Below, piece by piece: positions 37,453 through 46,529 of a stretch of DNA of 46,529 bases; the first letter of the stretch is position 1, and every line of letters starts with the position of its first letter. Made by a program: the position numbers and the translations under genes. The DNA is taken from positions 1 through 46,529 of the forward strand of contig JBOFUV010000027.1 in the NCBI GenBank assembly GCA_051652765.1, in the 5' to 3' direction. The DNA comes from Microcoleaceae cyanobacterium (GTDB lineage: Bacteria > Cyanobacteriota > Cyanobacteriia > Cyanobacteriales > Microcoleaceae). The notes beneath the pieces are model-generated. The model did no database searches, was not told the DNA's origin, and saw nothing but the letters and a program-made list of their open reading frames with translations.

Positions 37453-38115
37453 CTAAGCCTGACCCCCCGTTTGAGCGGCAACTTCCTCTGCAAAATTGGT
37501 CTCCTCTTTTTCAATCCCCTCGCCTAAAACAAACCGTGAAAAGCGACGCACCTGAATCTTCTCGCCCAGCTGACCTGCAGTTGTCTTCACCATTTCATCC
37601 ACCGTAATATTTTGATCTCGGATGTAAGGCTGATCCATCAGGGTCATTTCCTTAAGACGCTTTTCAATTCGACCTTGAACGATTTTCTCTTTGATATTAT
37701 CGGGTTTGTTGCCGAGGTCATCTCGAAGCATCTCAATTGATTTTTCTTTGGCCGCAATATCATCGGGTACATCTTCAACGCTGACGTACTCTACATTAGG
37801 ACAAGCAGCAACTTGCATGGCAATATTCCGCACGAGAGTTTGAAACTCTTCCCGGCGAGCAACGAAGTCCGTTTCACAGTTGACTTCGACCAATACACCC
37901 ACTCGGCCCCCCGTATGGATGTAGCTCCCCACTAAACCTTCAGCAGCAACGCGACTGGCTTTCTTCTCTGCCGAGGTGATGCCTTTTTGCCGCAACCACT
38001 CCATCGCCTTCTCCATGTTGCCATCGGACTCCTGGAGAGCTTTTTTGCAATCCATCATGCCTGCGCCTGTCTTTTCACGCAGTTCTTTAACCACTTGTGC
38101 AGAGATGTCAGCCAT
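37453..38115 (-). CDS. tsf: Translation elongation factor Ts (short cyanobacterial form, 220 aa)
   Basis: [32 protein letters not shown] 38115 is preceded by AGGAG, so the ORF-track start at 38190 is too long. Confidence 0.98.
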   Translation of the reverse strand: MADISAQVVKELREKTGAGMMDCKKALQESDGNMEKAMEWLRQKGITSAEKKASRVAAEGLVGSYIHTGGRVGVLVEVNCETDFVARREEFQTLVRNIAMQVAACPNVEYVSVEDVPDDIAAKEKSIEMLRDDLGNKPDNIKEKIVQGRIEKRLKEMTLMDQPYIRDQNITVDEMVKTTAGQLGEKIQVRRFSRFVLGEGIEKEETNFAEEVAAQTGGQA

Positions 38116-38470
38116 CTTTCTCCTGATTCCTTCCCTTAGATATTTCAATTGCCACGATATCTCAGTTAAGCATACTAACAAATGCCCCAACCAATCTCAA
38201 GCAATTCTCAAGCAATTTCTAGGATTGCTACCTGCGCCCTCGTGTTCACAGCTCATCAACAGATTCTCTCACCGTTATCAAGTTAAGGCTATCAAATTAA
38301 GGCTGCTGTATAGTAGTTAATACTTCAGAATATAGCAATTCTAAATCAATTGTCAGAAAACTAAAGCAGGGTTAGGGGACAAAGTCCTCACAGCACTCCG
38401 TCTCACAAACCATTTGGGATGGCTTTGGGATTGCTATAGAGACTTCAGAATATTTTGGGAGAGGAGAACA

Positions 38471-39490
38471 ATGGCCATTCAACTCGAGCAAGCGATTACG
38501 GTTGGGAAATATCTGGTAACGCAGCGACTTTTAGGGCGGAAGCGGTTTCCCCTAGTGCTGATGTTAGAGCCTCTATTTCGGTGCAACCTTGCCTGTCCAG
38601 GGTGTGGAAAAATCCAACATCCCAAAGAAATTCTTAAGCAAAATTTAACCCCGGAGGAATGCTTTGCGGCAGTAGAAGAATGTGGGGCTCCAGTGGTTTC
38701 AATTCCGGGTGGAGAACCGTTATTACATCCGCAAATTGATCAAATTGTCCAGGGGTTAGTCGCCCGGAAAAAGTTTATTTATCTCTGTACGAATGGACTA
38801 TTGCTGGAAAAAAACTTAGATAAATTTCAGTGTTCTCCCTATCTCACGTTTAGCGTTCACTTGGATGGCTTACAACAAAAACATGATGAATGTGTCGATC
38901 GAGACGGGGTATTTGAAATTGCGGTTCGCGGGATCAAGGCCGCAAAAGCGAGAGGATTTCGAGTCACCACAAACACCACCGTTTTTGAAGGAACTGACCC
39001 CCAAGAAATGCAGAAGTTTTTCGACTTTTTAGCAACGTTAGACATTGATGGCATGATGATTTCTCCCGGCTACAGTTATGCTTGGGCCCCTGATCAAGAC
39101 CATTTCTTAAAACGTGAACAAACCAAAGCCTTATTTCGAGAGATTTTGGCACCGTTCACTGCAGGTCAAAAGTGCTGGAACTTTAACCATAACCCTCTAT
39201 TTCTAGACTTTTTAATGGGGGATAAAGATTACGAGTGTACCCCCTGGGGCAGCCCGAGCTATAGCGTATTGGGATGGCAAAAGCCTTGCTATTTACTCAA
39301 CGAAGGGTACTACAAAACCTATCAAGAGTTACTCGAAAAAACAAACTGGGAAAATTATGGACGAGCCAGTGGCAATCCCAAATGTGCTGACTGTATGGTG
39401 CACTGTGGTTATGAACCTACAGCGGCCCTGGATGCGATGAATCCTATGAATATGGGGCGATCGCTGAGTGCATTGTTTGGCGCAAGATAA
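38471..39490 (+). CDS. hpnH: Adenosyl-hopene transferase, radical SAM
   Basis: [61 protein letters not shown] before ATG 38471. Confidence 0.95.
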   Translation: MAIQLEQAITVGKYLVTQRLLGRKRFPLVLMLEPLFRCNLACPGCGKIQHPKEILKQNLTPEECFAAVEECGAPVVSIPGGEPLLHPQIDQIVQGLVARKKFIYLCTNGLLLEKNLDKFQCSPYLTFSVHLDGLQQKHDECVDRDGVFEIAVRGIKAAKARGFRVTTNTTVFEGTDPQEMQKFFDFLATLDIDGMMISPGYSYAWAPDQDHFLKREQTKALFREILAPFTAGQKCWNFNHNPLFLDFLMGDKDYECTPWGSPSYSVLGWQKPCYLLNEGYYKTYQELLEKTNWENYGRASGNPKCADCMVHCGYEPTAALDAMNPMNMGRSLSALFGAR

Positions 39491-39539
39491 GGGGTTGACT
39501 TCTTTTTGGTTTTCTGAGGATTGAGTTAAGATTGCTAGT

Positions 39540-40319
39540 ATGCCAATCACAACGCGGCAATTGATTCAATGGAAACAGCAGGGTAGACCGATTGCTGTCC
39601 TCACGGCCTATGATTGGGCGATCGCGGGCTTACTGGATAGCGCTGGCGTTGACGTTGTTCTGGTTGGGGATTCCCTTGCTATGGTTGCCCTGGGTTATGA
39701 AACCACAATCCCCTTGACCTTAGATGAGATCCTGCATCATGCCAAGGCTGTTCGTCGTGGAGTAAAACAAGCACTACTGGTGGTTGACCTGCCTTTTTTA
39801 ACCTATCAAGAAAGTCCTCAACAGGCCCTGCGTTCGGCGGGACGGGTGATGAAAGAGGCGGAGGCGACAGCAGTTAAGCTCGAAGGCGGCTATCCGGCAA
39901 TGGTTGAAACCGTCCACTATCTGGTGCAAGCCGGAATTCCAGTCATGGCCCATGTCGGATTGACTCCCCAGTCGGTTCATCAACTGGGGGGATTTCGTCA
40001 GCAAGGCAAGACCCCGCAAACGGCTGATCGAATCTTGCAGGAGGCGATCGCCCTAGAACAGGCTGGAGCCTTTGCCATTGTCTTAGAACATATTCCAGCG
40101 GAGTTGGGCCAGCAAATTACTCAGACCGTGTCAATTCCCACCATTGGCATTGGAGCTGGGCCTGACTGTGATGGACAGGTGTTGGTCACTTCGGATTTAT
40201 TGGGATTGTCCCCATGGCAACCTCCGTTTGTGAAGACCCATGCCAATTTACACTCAACCATCACACAGGCCGTTCAACAGTTCTGTCAGGACGTTTTGAA
40301 CCGTAAGTTTCCAGATTAA
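39540..40319 (+). CDS. panB: 3-methyl-2-oxobutanoate hydroxymethyltransferase
   Basis: [39 protein letters not shown]. Confidence 0.97.
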   Translation: MPITTRQLIQWKQQGRPIAVLTAYDWAIAGLLDSAGVDVVLVGDSLAMVALGYETTIPLTLDEILHHAKAVRRGVKQALLVVDLPFLTYQESPQQALRSAGRVMKEAEATAVKLEGGYPAMVETVHYLVQAGIPVMAHVGLTPQSVHQLGGFRQQGKTPQTADRILQEAIALEQAGAFAIVLEHIPAELGQQITQTVSIPTIGIGAGPDCDGQVLVTSDLLGLSPWQPPFVKTHANLHSTITQAVQQFCQDVLNRKFPD

Positions 40320-40360
40320 TTTCCAGATTGAATTGATCAAGTGAAGCTACATTCTGGATA

Positions 40361-40404
40361 AAGTTACAGCTAAGTTACAATAAGGTTACAGCCAAGTTAC
40401 AACA
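40361..40404. repeat. 11-bp tandem repeat x4 overlapping the ubiA stop
   Basis: aagttacagct / aagttacaata / aggttacagcc / aagttacaaca. Confidence 0.8.
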
Positions 40405-41302
40405 GATTCCCGACAATCATGCCTCCCAGGAGCACAAATCCAACCCAGACATTATCGCAGAAGATTTTCCCATAGAGGGGCTTAGGAACTTCCGGTGCTC
40501 GAAGTTGGATATACTGCCATAACCACGTCCCTGCGGCCAGAACAAGTGCTATCCAGAAGCCAACATGAAGCTGGGTAGTGAATCCCAAAGTGGCTAACAA
40601 ACCCACCGTTCCCAGAAAAAATGCCCCCACCGCGTTGGCTGCCTGATCTCTAAAAAACAAGGCGCTGGAGTTAATCCCTAGGGCTTGATCCTCCTCGCGA
40701 TCGCTCATCGCATATACGGTATCAAATCCCAATGTCCAGAACACCGTTGCCCCCCATAGCAACCCCGTTGCTGGTTCAAGTTTGCCCACTGCCGCTGCCC
40801 AACTGATCAAAACCGCAAATCCCCAAGCAATAGACAGTACCAGTTGGGGAATGGGAAAGTATCGCTTGGCCAAAGGATACCCAATCATCACCGGAACTGC
40901 GGCAACGCACAACCCAAAACTGAGACGGTTCAAATAAAGAGCCATGAATCCTGCACAGGTAAAGGCCACTAACGCCACCACAATTCCAGTTTGGATGCTC
41001 AAGGCTCGAGAGGCGAGAGGGCGGTTTTGGGTACGTTCTACGGCTGGATCAATATCCCGATCCCACAAATCATTCACGACACATCCTGCGGCACTGGTTG
41101 CTAAACTCCCAAAAATGACGATTAAGACTAGGGGCCAAGGTGGTGTTCCTTGGGTGGCCAAGACAATTGCCCAGAGCGCCGGAAGCATTAGGATCAAGCG
41201 ACCTGCGGGTTTATCCCAGCGCAGCAATCGAACAATAGTTTTCCACTTGGGTTCTAAGGGAGGTTCTACAGGGGGTTTTAAAGCAGGCGTCTGGGTAACC
41301 AT
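40397..41302 (-). CDS. ubiA: 4-hydroxybenzoate solanesyltransferase (UbiA family, plastoquinone synthesis)
   Basis: LLRWDKPAG, NDLWDRDID..V.RT..RPLAS, YPLAKR, FDTVYAMSDREED; ATG at 41302. Confidence 0.93.
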   Translation of the reverse strand: MVTQTPALKPPVEPPLEPKWKTIVRLLRWDKPAGRLILMLPALWAIVLATQGTPPWPLVLIVIFGSLATSAAGCVVNDLWDRDIDPAVERTQNRPLASRALSIQTGIVVALVAFTCAGFMALYLNRLSFGLCVAAVPVMIGYPLAKRYFPIPQLVLSIAWGFAVLISWAAAVGKLEPATGLLWGATVFWTLGFDTVYAMSDREEDQALGINSSALFFRDQAANAVGAFFLGTVGLLATLGFTTQLHVGFWIALVLAAGTWLWQYIQLRAPEVPKPLYGKIFCDNVWVGFVLLGGMIVGNLL

Positions 41303-41445
41303 CAAAAAAGTTGAAGGGGTTAGAGTGGATTCTATGAATGATTCTATGAATATTTAAGCAAATCCAGCGCTATTCGCCAACTTCAGTGGCACAATAATAG
41401 GGCTTCACTCAAGCTAATTTACCCCAGTTCGCGCTAACAAAGGGT

Positions 41446-41497
41446 TGGCTTTAACAACTGGCTTTAACACCTCGTCTTAACACCTTGTTTTAACATC
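41446..41497. repeat. 13-bp tandem repeat x4 abutting the cobO start
   Basis: tggctttaacaac / tggctttaacacc / tcgtcttaacacc / ttgttttaacatc, then ATG 41498. Confidence 0.8.
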
Positions 41498-42127
41498 ATG
41501 TCTCACGCCCCTTCAGAACCTTCTGCTCTTACCGCAGAACAACATCGCCTCAAAATGCAGCGTCGCAAGGAAGTTCAAGATCAGCGGGTTGCCAAGGCCA
41601 ATCAAGCCAAGGGATTAATTATTGTCAATACCGGGGATGGCAAGGGGAAAACAACTGCGGCCTTAGGTATGGTGCTGCGATCGCTGGGTCATGGATACCG
41701 GGTTGCCATTATCCAGTTTATTAAGGGAGCCTGGGAACCGGCAGAAAAAGCCGTCTTTAGTCAATGGCCCGAACAGTTGGAGTTTCATGCTCTGGGAGAG
41801 GGCTTTACCTGGGAAACGCAGGATCGCGATCGCGATACGGAGAAAACCCAAGAGGCTTGGGCCAAAGGGTTAAGCTATATCCGCAATCCAGAATTCAAGC
41901 TGATTTTGCTCGATGAGATCAATATTGCCTTAAAACTAGGATATTTGACGGTTGAACAGGTTCTTGCTGGACTGGCAGAAAAACCAGAAGCATCCCATGT
42001 GATTTTGACGGGGCGAGGCGCACCAGAAGCGTTAATTGCCCAGGCAGATTTAGTCACCGAAATGAAGTTGGTCAAGCATCCCTTTCGAGAACAGGGGGTT
42101 AAGGCCCAACCTGGAATTGAATATTGA
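41498..42127 (+). CDS. cobO: Cob(I)yrinic acid a,c-diamide adenosyltransferase
   Basis: TGDGKGKTTAALG, QFIKG, GEGFTW, LDEIN, LTGR, ADLVTEM..VKHP, AQ.GIE. Confidence 0.96.
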   Translation: MSHAPSEPSALTAEQHRLKMQRRKEVQDQRVAKANQAKGLIIVNTGDGKGKTTAALGMVLRSLGHGYRVAIIQFIKGAWEPAEKAVFSQWPEQLEFHALGEGFTWETQDRDRDTEKTQEAWAKGLSYIRNPEFKLILLDEINIALKLGYLTVEQVLAGLAEKPEASHVILTGRGAPEALIAQADLVTEMKLVKHPFREQGVKAQPGIEY

Positions 42128-42270
42128 GTTGGTAGATTAACCCTCAAAACGATCAAAGTTTGGCCAAGGACGAGGATGTCCTGGATAAGGATTTATTCCA
42201 GGCAGAACTGTTGGGGCACTGTCCTGCGTTACAATCATAAAAATACTTTAATATTTAATGTTTTAGTCCC

Positions 42271-42636
42271 ATGACTCCAGAAACCAGCGAAAAGCTATCG
42301 ACTTCAAAAAGCTTAGAGGCGATGAAGAAGTTTTCTGAACAATACGCTAAGCGTACAGGAACTTACTTCTGCGTTGAGCCTTCTGTTACGGCTGTAGTAA
42401 TTGAGGGACTTGCAAAACATAAAGATGTTCTTGGCGCACCTTTATGTCCCTGTCGTCATTACGAAGACAAGGAAGCAGAGGTCAAAAATACCTATTGGAA
42501 CTGTCCCTGCGTTCCGATGCGAGAGCGCAAAGAATGCCACTGTATGTTGTTCCTGACTCCTGATAATGATTTTGCTGGAGATCAACAGGAAATTATGATG
42601 GCGGATTTAGAAGCAGCGCGGGCGAGTTTGGTCTAG
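42271..42636 (+). CDS. ftrC: Ferredoxin-thioredoxin reductase catalytic subunit
   Basis: CPC, CPC and CHC motifs (GAPLCPCRHY..WNCPCVPMRERKECHCMLF). Confidence 0.97.
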   Translation: MTPETSEKLSTSKSLEAMKKFSEQYAKRTGTYFCVEPSVTAVVIEGLAKHKDVLGAPLCPCRHYEDKEAEVKNTYWNCPCVPMRERKECHCMLFLTPDNDFAGDQQEIMMADLEAARASLV

Positions 42637-42742
42637 GCGGGCACTCTGGCCTCTTGGATAGTTCATACTTGGATATCATAGTCTTGGGAGGCGTTGTATA
42701 CAGCACCTCGTCTGCGTTAGCCTGTCCTGAGATGGAAGCACA

Positions 42743-43150
42743 ATGGAAGAACAGATCCCAGGAGAATTCTGGCAAGGCATCGAAGAATTTAATCGAGGAG
42801 ACTTCTACGCCTGTCACGACACCCTAGAAGCCTTATGGATGGAAGCAACAGAACCTGAAAAGAGGTTCTACCAGGGAGTACTGCAAATTGCTGTAGCCCT
42901 TTATCACTTGAGCAACCAAAATTGGCGTGGAACAGTGATGTTGCTCGGCGAAGGTATCCATCGGCTGGATTATTATCAACCCGATTATTCCGGAATCAAT
43001 GTTGAATCCTTGATCGTTCAGGCGACTCAACTGTTCAATGAACTTCAGCAAGCTGGAGCAGAAAACGTTAAGGATTTTGTGGACAGGGAGAATGAAAAAT
43101 CCCTGCAAATTCAGCGTAGCGTTTGTAGTTCCTTAGAATCGAATGCTTGA
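42743..43150 (+). CDS. DUF309 domain protein
   Basis: FN.G.FY.CHD.LE.LW, FYQG.LQ.AV.LYH...N..G. Confidence 0.88.
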   Translation: MEEQIPGEFWQGIEEFNRGDFYACHDTLEALWMEATEPEKRFYQGVLQIAVALYHLSNQNWRGTVMLLGEGIHRLDYYQPDYSGINVESLIVQATQLFNELQQAGAENVKDFVDRENEKSLQIQRSVCSSLESNA

Positions 43151-43190
43151 TCTGTTTAACTTTGACTAACTCTGACTAACTCTGACTAAT
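43151..43190. repeat. 10-bp tandem repeat x4 right after the DUF309 stop
   Basis: tctgtttaac / tttgactaac / tctgactaac / tctgactaat. Confidence 0.8.
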
Positions 43191-43240
43191 GTTAACGAGT
43201 TCTTCTGATCACCCAAATTCCTACATCGGGGTCACGAAAA

Positions 43241-43867
43241 CTACTCAACAACAGCCTCTTGACCGTAGGCTTGCCAAGCCAAATCCACTAGACCATTAAT
43301 CACTGCAACCGCCACGACAGCACTGCCCTTGCGGCCATCAATCCGAATATGAGGAACCATAGAGTCATGCAAGCGAGATTTGGCCACATCAGCCCCAACA
43401 AACCCTGAAGGGGTAGCCACCACCAAACCAGGTTTGATCTCTTCTGTTTCAATCAAATCTACTAAGGCAGAAAGGGCAGTCTGTTCTTGACCAACGACAA
43501 AAATTGCTTCGGGGTAGCGCCTAGCCAAAGTTTCAATCCCCCAAGCCGTTCGAGTTTTTTCCCGCTGGGGCCGAGTTACCGCTTCCATTGAGCAGTACAC
43601 CGGGTTAGCAAAGGTTCCCAAGATCTGAGGCGTAATCCCAACCTGTACCATCGGTACATCTACGACAATCGTCGTACGGGCAGCCAAAGCAGCGGCTCCA
43701 GCTTGCAAGGCTTGGTCAGAAAATCGCACTAGAGATTTGTATTCAAAATCGGCAGTCGTATAAATGACCCGGCGAACAATTTCGTACTCGGAGGGTGAAA
43801 ATGCATGGTCTCCAATCTCGTAATCAATAATTCCTAAACTCTGAGCATCGGTAATATGCCATTCCAT
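43241..43867 (-). CDS. cobH: Precorrin-8X methylmutase (CobH/CbiC)-like paralog with degenerate active-site motifs
   Basis: S..II..E, RRVIYTTADF, DVPMV..G, P.GFVGA...K, GRKGS.VA.A..N; likely ATG 43867 (MEWH). Confidence 0.8.
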   Translation of the reverse strand: MEWHITDAQSLGIIDYEIGDHAFSPSEYEIVRRVIYTTADFEYKSLVRFSDQALQAGAAALAARTTIVVDVPMVQVGITPQILGTFANPVYCSMEAVTRPQREKTRTAWGIETLARRYPEAIFVVGQEQTALSALVDLIETEEIKPGLVVATPSGFVGADVAKSRLHDSMVPHIRIDGRKGSAVVAVAVINGLVDLAWQAYGQEAVVE

Positions 43868-43988
43868 ATCGGCTTTTGACAATGATCCTTCGGCCTCATT
43901 GTACTGGGTTAAGGGGTTCCCTTCAACTGAGGTTGTTCCTTCAAACTAGCTCATCAATGGAAAAAAGCCAAGTAAAGTGATCTTCAGA

Positions 43989-45584
43989 TCAGCAGCCCTT
44001 GGCTTCAATCTGGCGAACTACGGTTAAGGCCGAGTAGGAAACCCCGGCTGTTCCCTCTCCTGGATGGGTGCAATCTCCAACCAACCAGAGCTGTTGCACT
44101 GGGGTGCGATTGGCAAATCCAAACGGCCCGAAGTGAGAAACCCGTTGACCGACTCCGCCAACACTCCCTTGATCACGGGCGGTGAATCGAGCAAAGGTTC
44201 GAGGTGTAGCCGCCTCGCAGTGGAGGATGGTTTTGGGAGTTAAGCAAAAATAGGAACTGAGGCGACTGATGGCAGTTTCTACATACTGCTGCTTTAGCCC
44301 AGGATAGTCTGAGCAATTCCACCACTGATGTGGGTCGGTGAAGCTAGAGGCCGTAATGGTTGCCTGCCCTGCCGGAGCTCGCCCATCTCCTGACCGACTG
44401 ACGGAAACAAATAGAGAATTATTCTCGCCAATTGGCCCGTTGTAATCGTAGAGAAATTGTAAATGGGGCGGGCAGTTTTCAGGAATTGCCCGCTGCTCAA
44501 CGCCGAGATAGATCACAAAGGCTCCTGAAGCAGGGGGGAGTTTGTCGATCCGACGCTTGTAAGTCTTTTGCCAGAAAGTCTGTTGCCAGAACTTCAGGGA
44601 TTTCGGGGTTGAGGAATCGCTGTTAATCGGTTCCCAATTCAGTAGTTTGATTAAGTTTTGGACAGTAACATTGGCCACAACATGATCGGCAACCTCTTGC
44701 CAAACGGCCCCGGTTTTTTGATCTCGAACCTGAACGGCTAGGGCTTTCCCTGGGTGGGTTTCAACTCCTTCAACAATCCCTTCAACCCTGTGACGCATCA
44801 ACACCTGGCCCCCATCCCGTTCGATGGATGCGACGAGGCGATCGCTCAATACTTGCATACTGCCTTCAAGGTGGTACAAACCCTGGGGGGCTTGAGAAAC
44901 CCCTAAGGCCGTGGCGGCATAAAGCAGAGCTGTTTCCTCCGTATCAACTTGGGAATACAATTTGAGTTGCAAATCCAGAAAGGTCTTCAGTCGCAAGTTG
45001 TCGTCGAGTTTGTACAGTCTGAGGGCATCGGCAACGGTCATCAAGGTAAATGGAACGGTAATCAACGTGTCTGGACGCATCGCCTGAGTCAGTTGCCAGA
45101 AATCCCACAGGTTTCGGGGAGGGAGCACCGGGTCGCGGGCCTGAAATCGCCAACTGGCCTTAAATAGCGTTGTCATTAATTGCCAAAATGGCTCACTACC
45201 TGGAAATTGGCGCTGTCGTTCGGCTTTCCAGCGTTCCGGATCGCGCCAAACGTGAATCGGTTCCGTTTCTCCGGGCAAAACCACAGCGCAGGAAGGATCG
45301 CAGGGAGTCGCTTCTGGCAGTTCAATCCCCAGTTCTGTAAAAATCCGATGATGAATGCCCCCAGGTTCCAAGCCTGCGACCTGAGTGGCCCCAACATCAA
45401 AAGTAAAACCCCGGCGGTTAAACGTAGAGGCGCATCCTCCTGGGACGATGGCTTGGTCAAAAATGAGAACACCATAGCCTCGATGGGCCAATAACGCCCC
45501 AGCAGTTAACCCGCCAATTCCAGCTCCAACACCGACAACCCTTAACTTCCCCATAGTTTGATGAATCTGACGAACCTGTTCCAT
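43989..45584 (-). CDS. crtD: Carotenoid C-3',4' desaturase (CrtI-like FAD oxidoreductase)
   Basis: GAGIGGLT, GGCASTF.R.GFTFDVGATQVAGLEPGGIH, ATPRTF, GDC.HPGEGTAGVSYSA. Start could be 45554. Confidence 0.9.
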   Translation of the reverse strand: MEQVRQIHQTMGKLRVVGVGAGIGGLTAGALLAHRGYGVLIFDQAIVPGGCASTFNRRGFTFDVGATQVAGLEPGGIHHRIFTELGIELPEATPCDPSCAVVLPGETEPIHVWRDPERWKAERQRQFPGSEPFWQLMTTLFKASWRFQARDPVLPPRNLWDFWQLTQAMRPDTLITVPFTLMTVADALRLYKLDDNLRLKTFLDLQLKLYSQVDTEETALLYAATALGVSQAPQGLYHLEGSMQVLSDRLVASIERDGGQVLMRHRVEGIVEGVETHPGKALAVQVRDQKTGAVWQEVADHVVANVTVQNLIKLLNWEPINSDSSTPKSLKFWQQTFWQKTYKRRIDKLPPASGAFVIYLGVEQRAIPENCPPHLQFLYDYNGPIGENNSLFVSVSRSGDGRAPAGQATITASSFTDPHQWWNCSDYPGLKQQYVETAISRLSSYFCLTPKTILHCEAATPRTFARFTARDQGSVGGVGQRVSHFGPFGFANRTPVQQLWLVGDCTHPGEGTAGVSYSALTVVRQIEAKGC

Positions 45585-45791
45585 GAATTTTGGTTAACAT
45601 TTCTTCATATTCCTTATCTTAATGAGAGACAAGTCGCTTTGCCAACTGACGGTAGTGCTCAGATAGTTCTTTGGAATGGATAGGATTTGAGCCAGCAGCG
45701 TCTTCATCTCACGCCCGAGCGCTAGACCACCTCAAAGCAAGGCTCAACTCTAGAATGTTAAGCTTGTTCCCTGAGGGTACTTCAGAACCTC

Positions 45792-45843
45792 TTGTTTAAC
45801 TGAGTTGTTTAACTAGGTTGTTTAACTGAATTGTTGAACTGAG
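45792..45843. repeat. 13-bp tandem repeat x4 upstream of glmS
   Basis: ttgtttaactgag / ttgtttaactagg / ttgtttaactgaa / ttgttgaactgag. Confidence 0.85.
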
Positions 45844-45913
45844 TTTCAGCAGTCTGTCCGAGATCAGTTCAGGATCAGATTGCGTTCGATGAAATAAAGG
45901 AGTCTTGAGCTAA

Positions 45914-46529
45914 ATGTGTGGAATTGTTGGCTACATCGGCACTCAAACCGCTTGCGAAATTTTAATGGCTGGCCTGGAAAAACTTGAATATCGCGGCTAT
46001 GATTCGGCTGGTCTCGCAACGATCTCAGACCATCAAATTCATGCTATTCGAGCCAAGGGCAAACTCTACAACCTGCGGAACAAGCTAGCTCACGTTGAAA
46101 TGCCAGCCCAGATTGGCATCGGACACACCCGCTGGGCAACTCACGGGAAGCCCGAGGAACGCAACGCCCATCCTCACTTTGACTCTCATCAACGAATCGC
46201 CGTTGTCCAGAACGGTATTATTGAAAACTATCGTGAGTTAAAAGAGGAACTCAAGGCCCTGGGTCATCAATTCACGTCTGAAACCGATACTGAAGTGATT
46301 CCCCACCTGATTGAAGAAATCCTAGCTGATCCCCAGTCTCAGCGCCCTTTCTCTCCCTCCGCGTTTTTTGATGCGGTCAACCAAGTTGTCAATCGTTTGG
46401 AAGGAGCCTTTGCGATCGCCGCCCTGTGTGCCGATTATCCCAATGAAATCATCATCGCTCGCCAAAATTCAGCCCCATTGTGCATTGGGTTTGGTCAGGG
46501 AGAATTTTTCTGTGCGTCCGATACGCCCG
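45914..46529 (+). CDS. glmS: Glutamine-fructose-6-phosphate transaminase; 3' part runs off the window
   Basis: Manual translation: MCGIVGYIG...LEYRGYDSAG...GIGHTRWATHG...NAHPH...VQNGIIENY...SETDTEV; AAGGAG upstream. Absent from the ORF track because there is no in-window stop. Confidence 0.97.
   Translation, partial: MCGIVGYIGTQTACEILMAGLEKLEYRGYDSAGLATISDHQIHAIRAKGKLYNLRNKLAHVEMPAQIGIGHTRWATHGKPEERNAHPHFDSHQRIAVVQNGIIENYRELKEELKALGHQFTSETDTEVIPHLIEEILADPQSQRPFSPSAFFDAVNQVVNRLEGAFAIAALCADYPNEIIIARQNSAPLCIGFGQGEFFCASDTP

Larger units (their letters stand above)
5281..46419. repeat. HIP1 octamer GCGATCGC, dispersed (about 30 copies)
   Basis: Counted by eye, e.g. 5281, 6753, 8308, 12826, 13001, 16517, 17447, 17837, 18118, 19898, 21210, 25438, 25623, 26125, 26637, 29201, 29719, 30661, 31463, 35859, 36713, 37262, 39457, 39618, 40044, 40697, 41677, 41826, 44838, 46412. 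A hallmark of many cyanobacteria. Confidence 0.95.

Noticed and set aside
40361..40404. GTTACA repeats as an RpaB HLR1 site
   Set aside because: The period is 11 rather than 10 bp and the site lies between convergent 3' ends; treated as a tandem duplication.
45585..45913. glmS ribozyme upstream of glmS (AGCGCTAGAC at about 45718)
   Set aside because: The downstream GACGAGG core and P2/P3 elements are not present.
1..46529. CRISPR array, IS element, prophage, tRNA or rRNA
   Set aside because: No regularly spaced repeat-spacer units, transposase, integrase or phage motifs, or structural RNA signatures found by eye.

Overview
Cyanobacterial chromosomal segment (about 30 HIP1 GCGATCGC octamers; ftrC, crtD, hpnH, VKOR-Trx, short EF-Ts). 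It is mostly core genome: no transposase, prophage, CRISPR array, rRNA or tRNA was seen. From left to right: two large acidic phosphoester-scavenging proteins with nested domains, each behind a triple Pho (SphR)-box promoter; dacB; an HTH+AAA-like ATPase; exbB-exbD; an RcaE/RcaF/RcaC-like phosphorelay whose RcaC-like protein ends in a degenerate GGDEF domain with an intact I-site; tamB; scpB; a REC-histidine kinase; several conserved unknowns; recG, tsf (with no adjacent rpsB), hpnH, panB, ubiA/plqA, cobO, ftrC, DUF309, a CobH paralog lacking catalytic motifs, crtD and the 5' part of glmS. The most interesting unannotated signal is a self-contained ~55-nt small-RNA unit at 25889-25978 (minus strand). 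It has a near-consensus sigma70 promoter, an intrinsic terminator, a 5' end that from memory resembles NsiR1, and upstream 7-N4-7 direct repeats almost identical to a box in the phosphorelay's own promoter region. All family assignments come from motif recognition by eye, not database searches.
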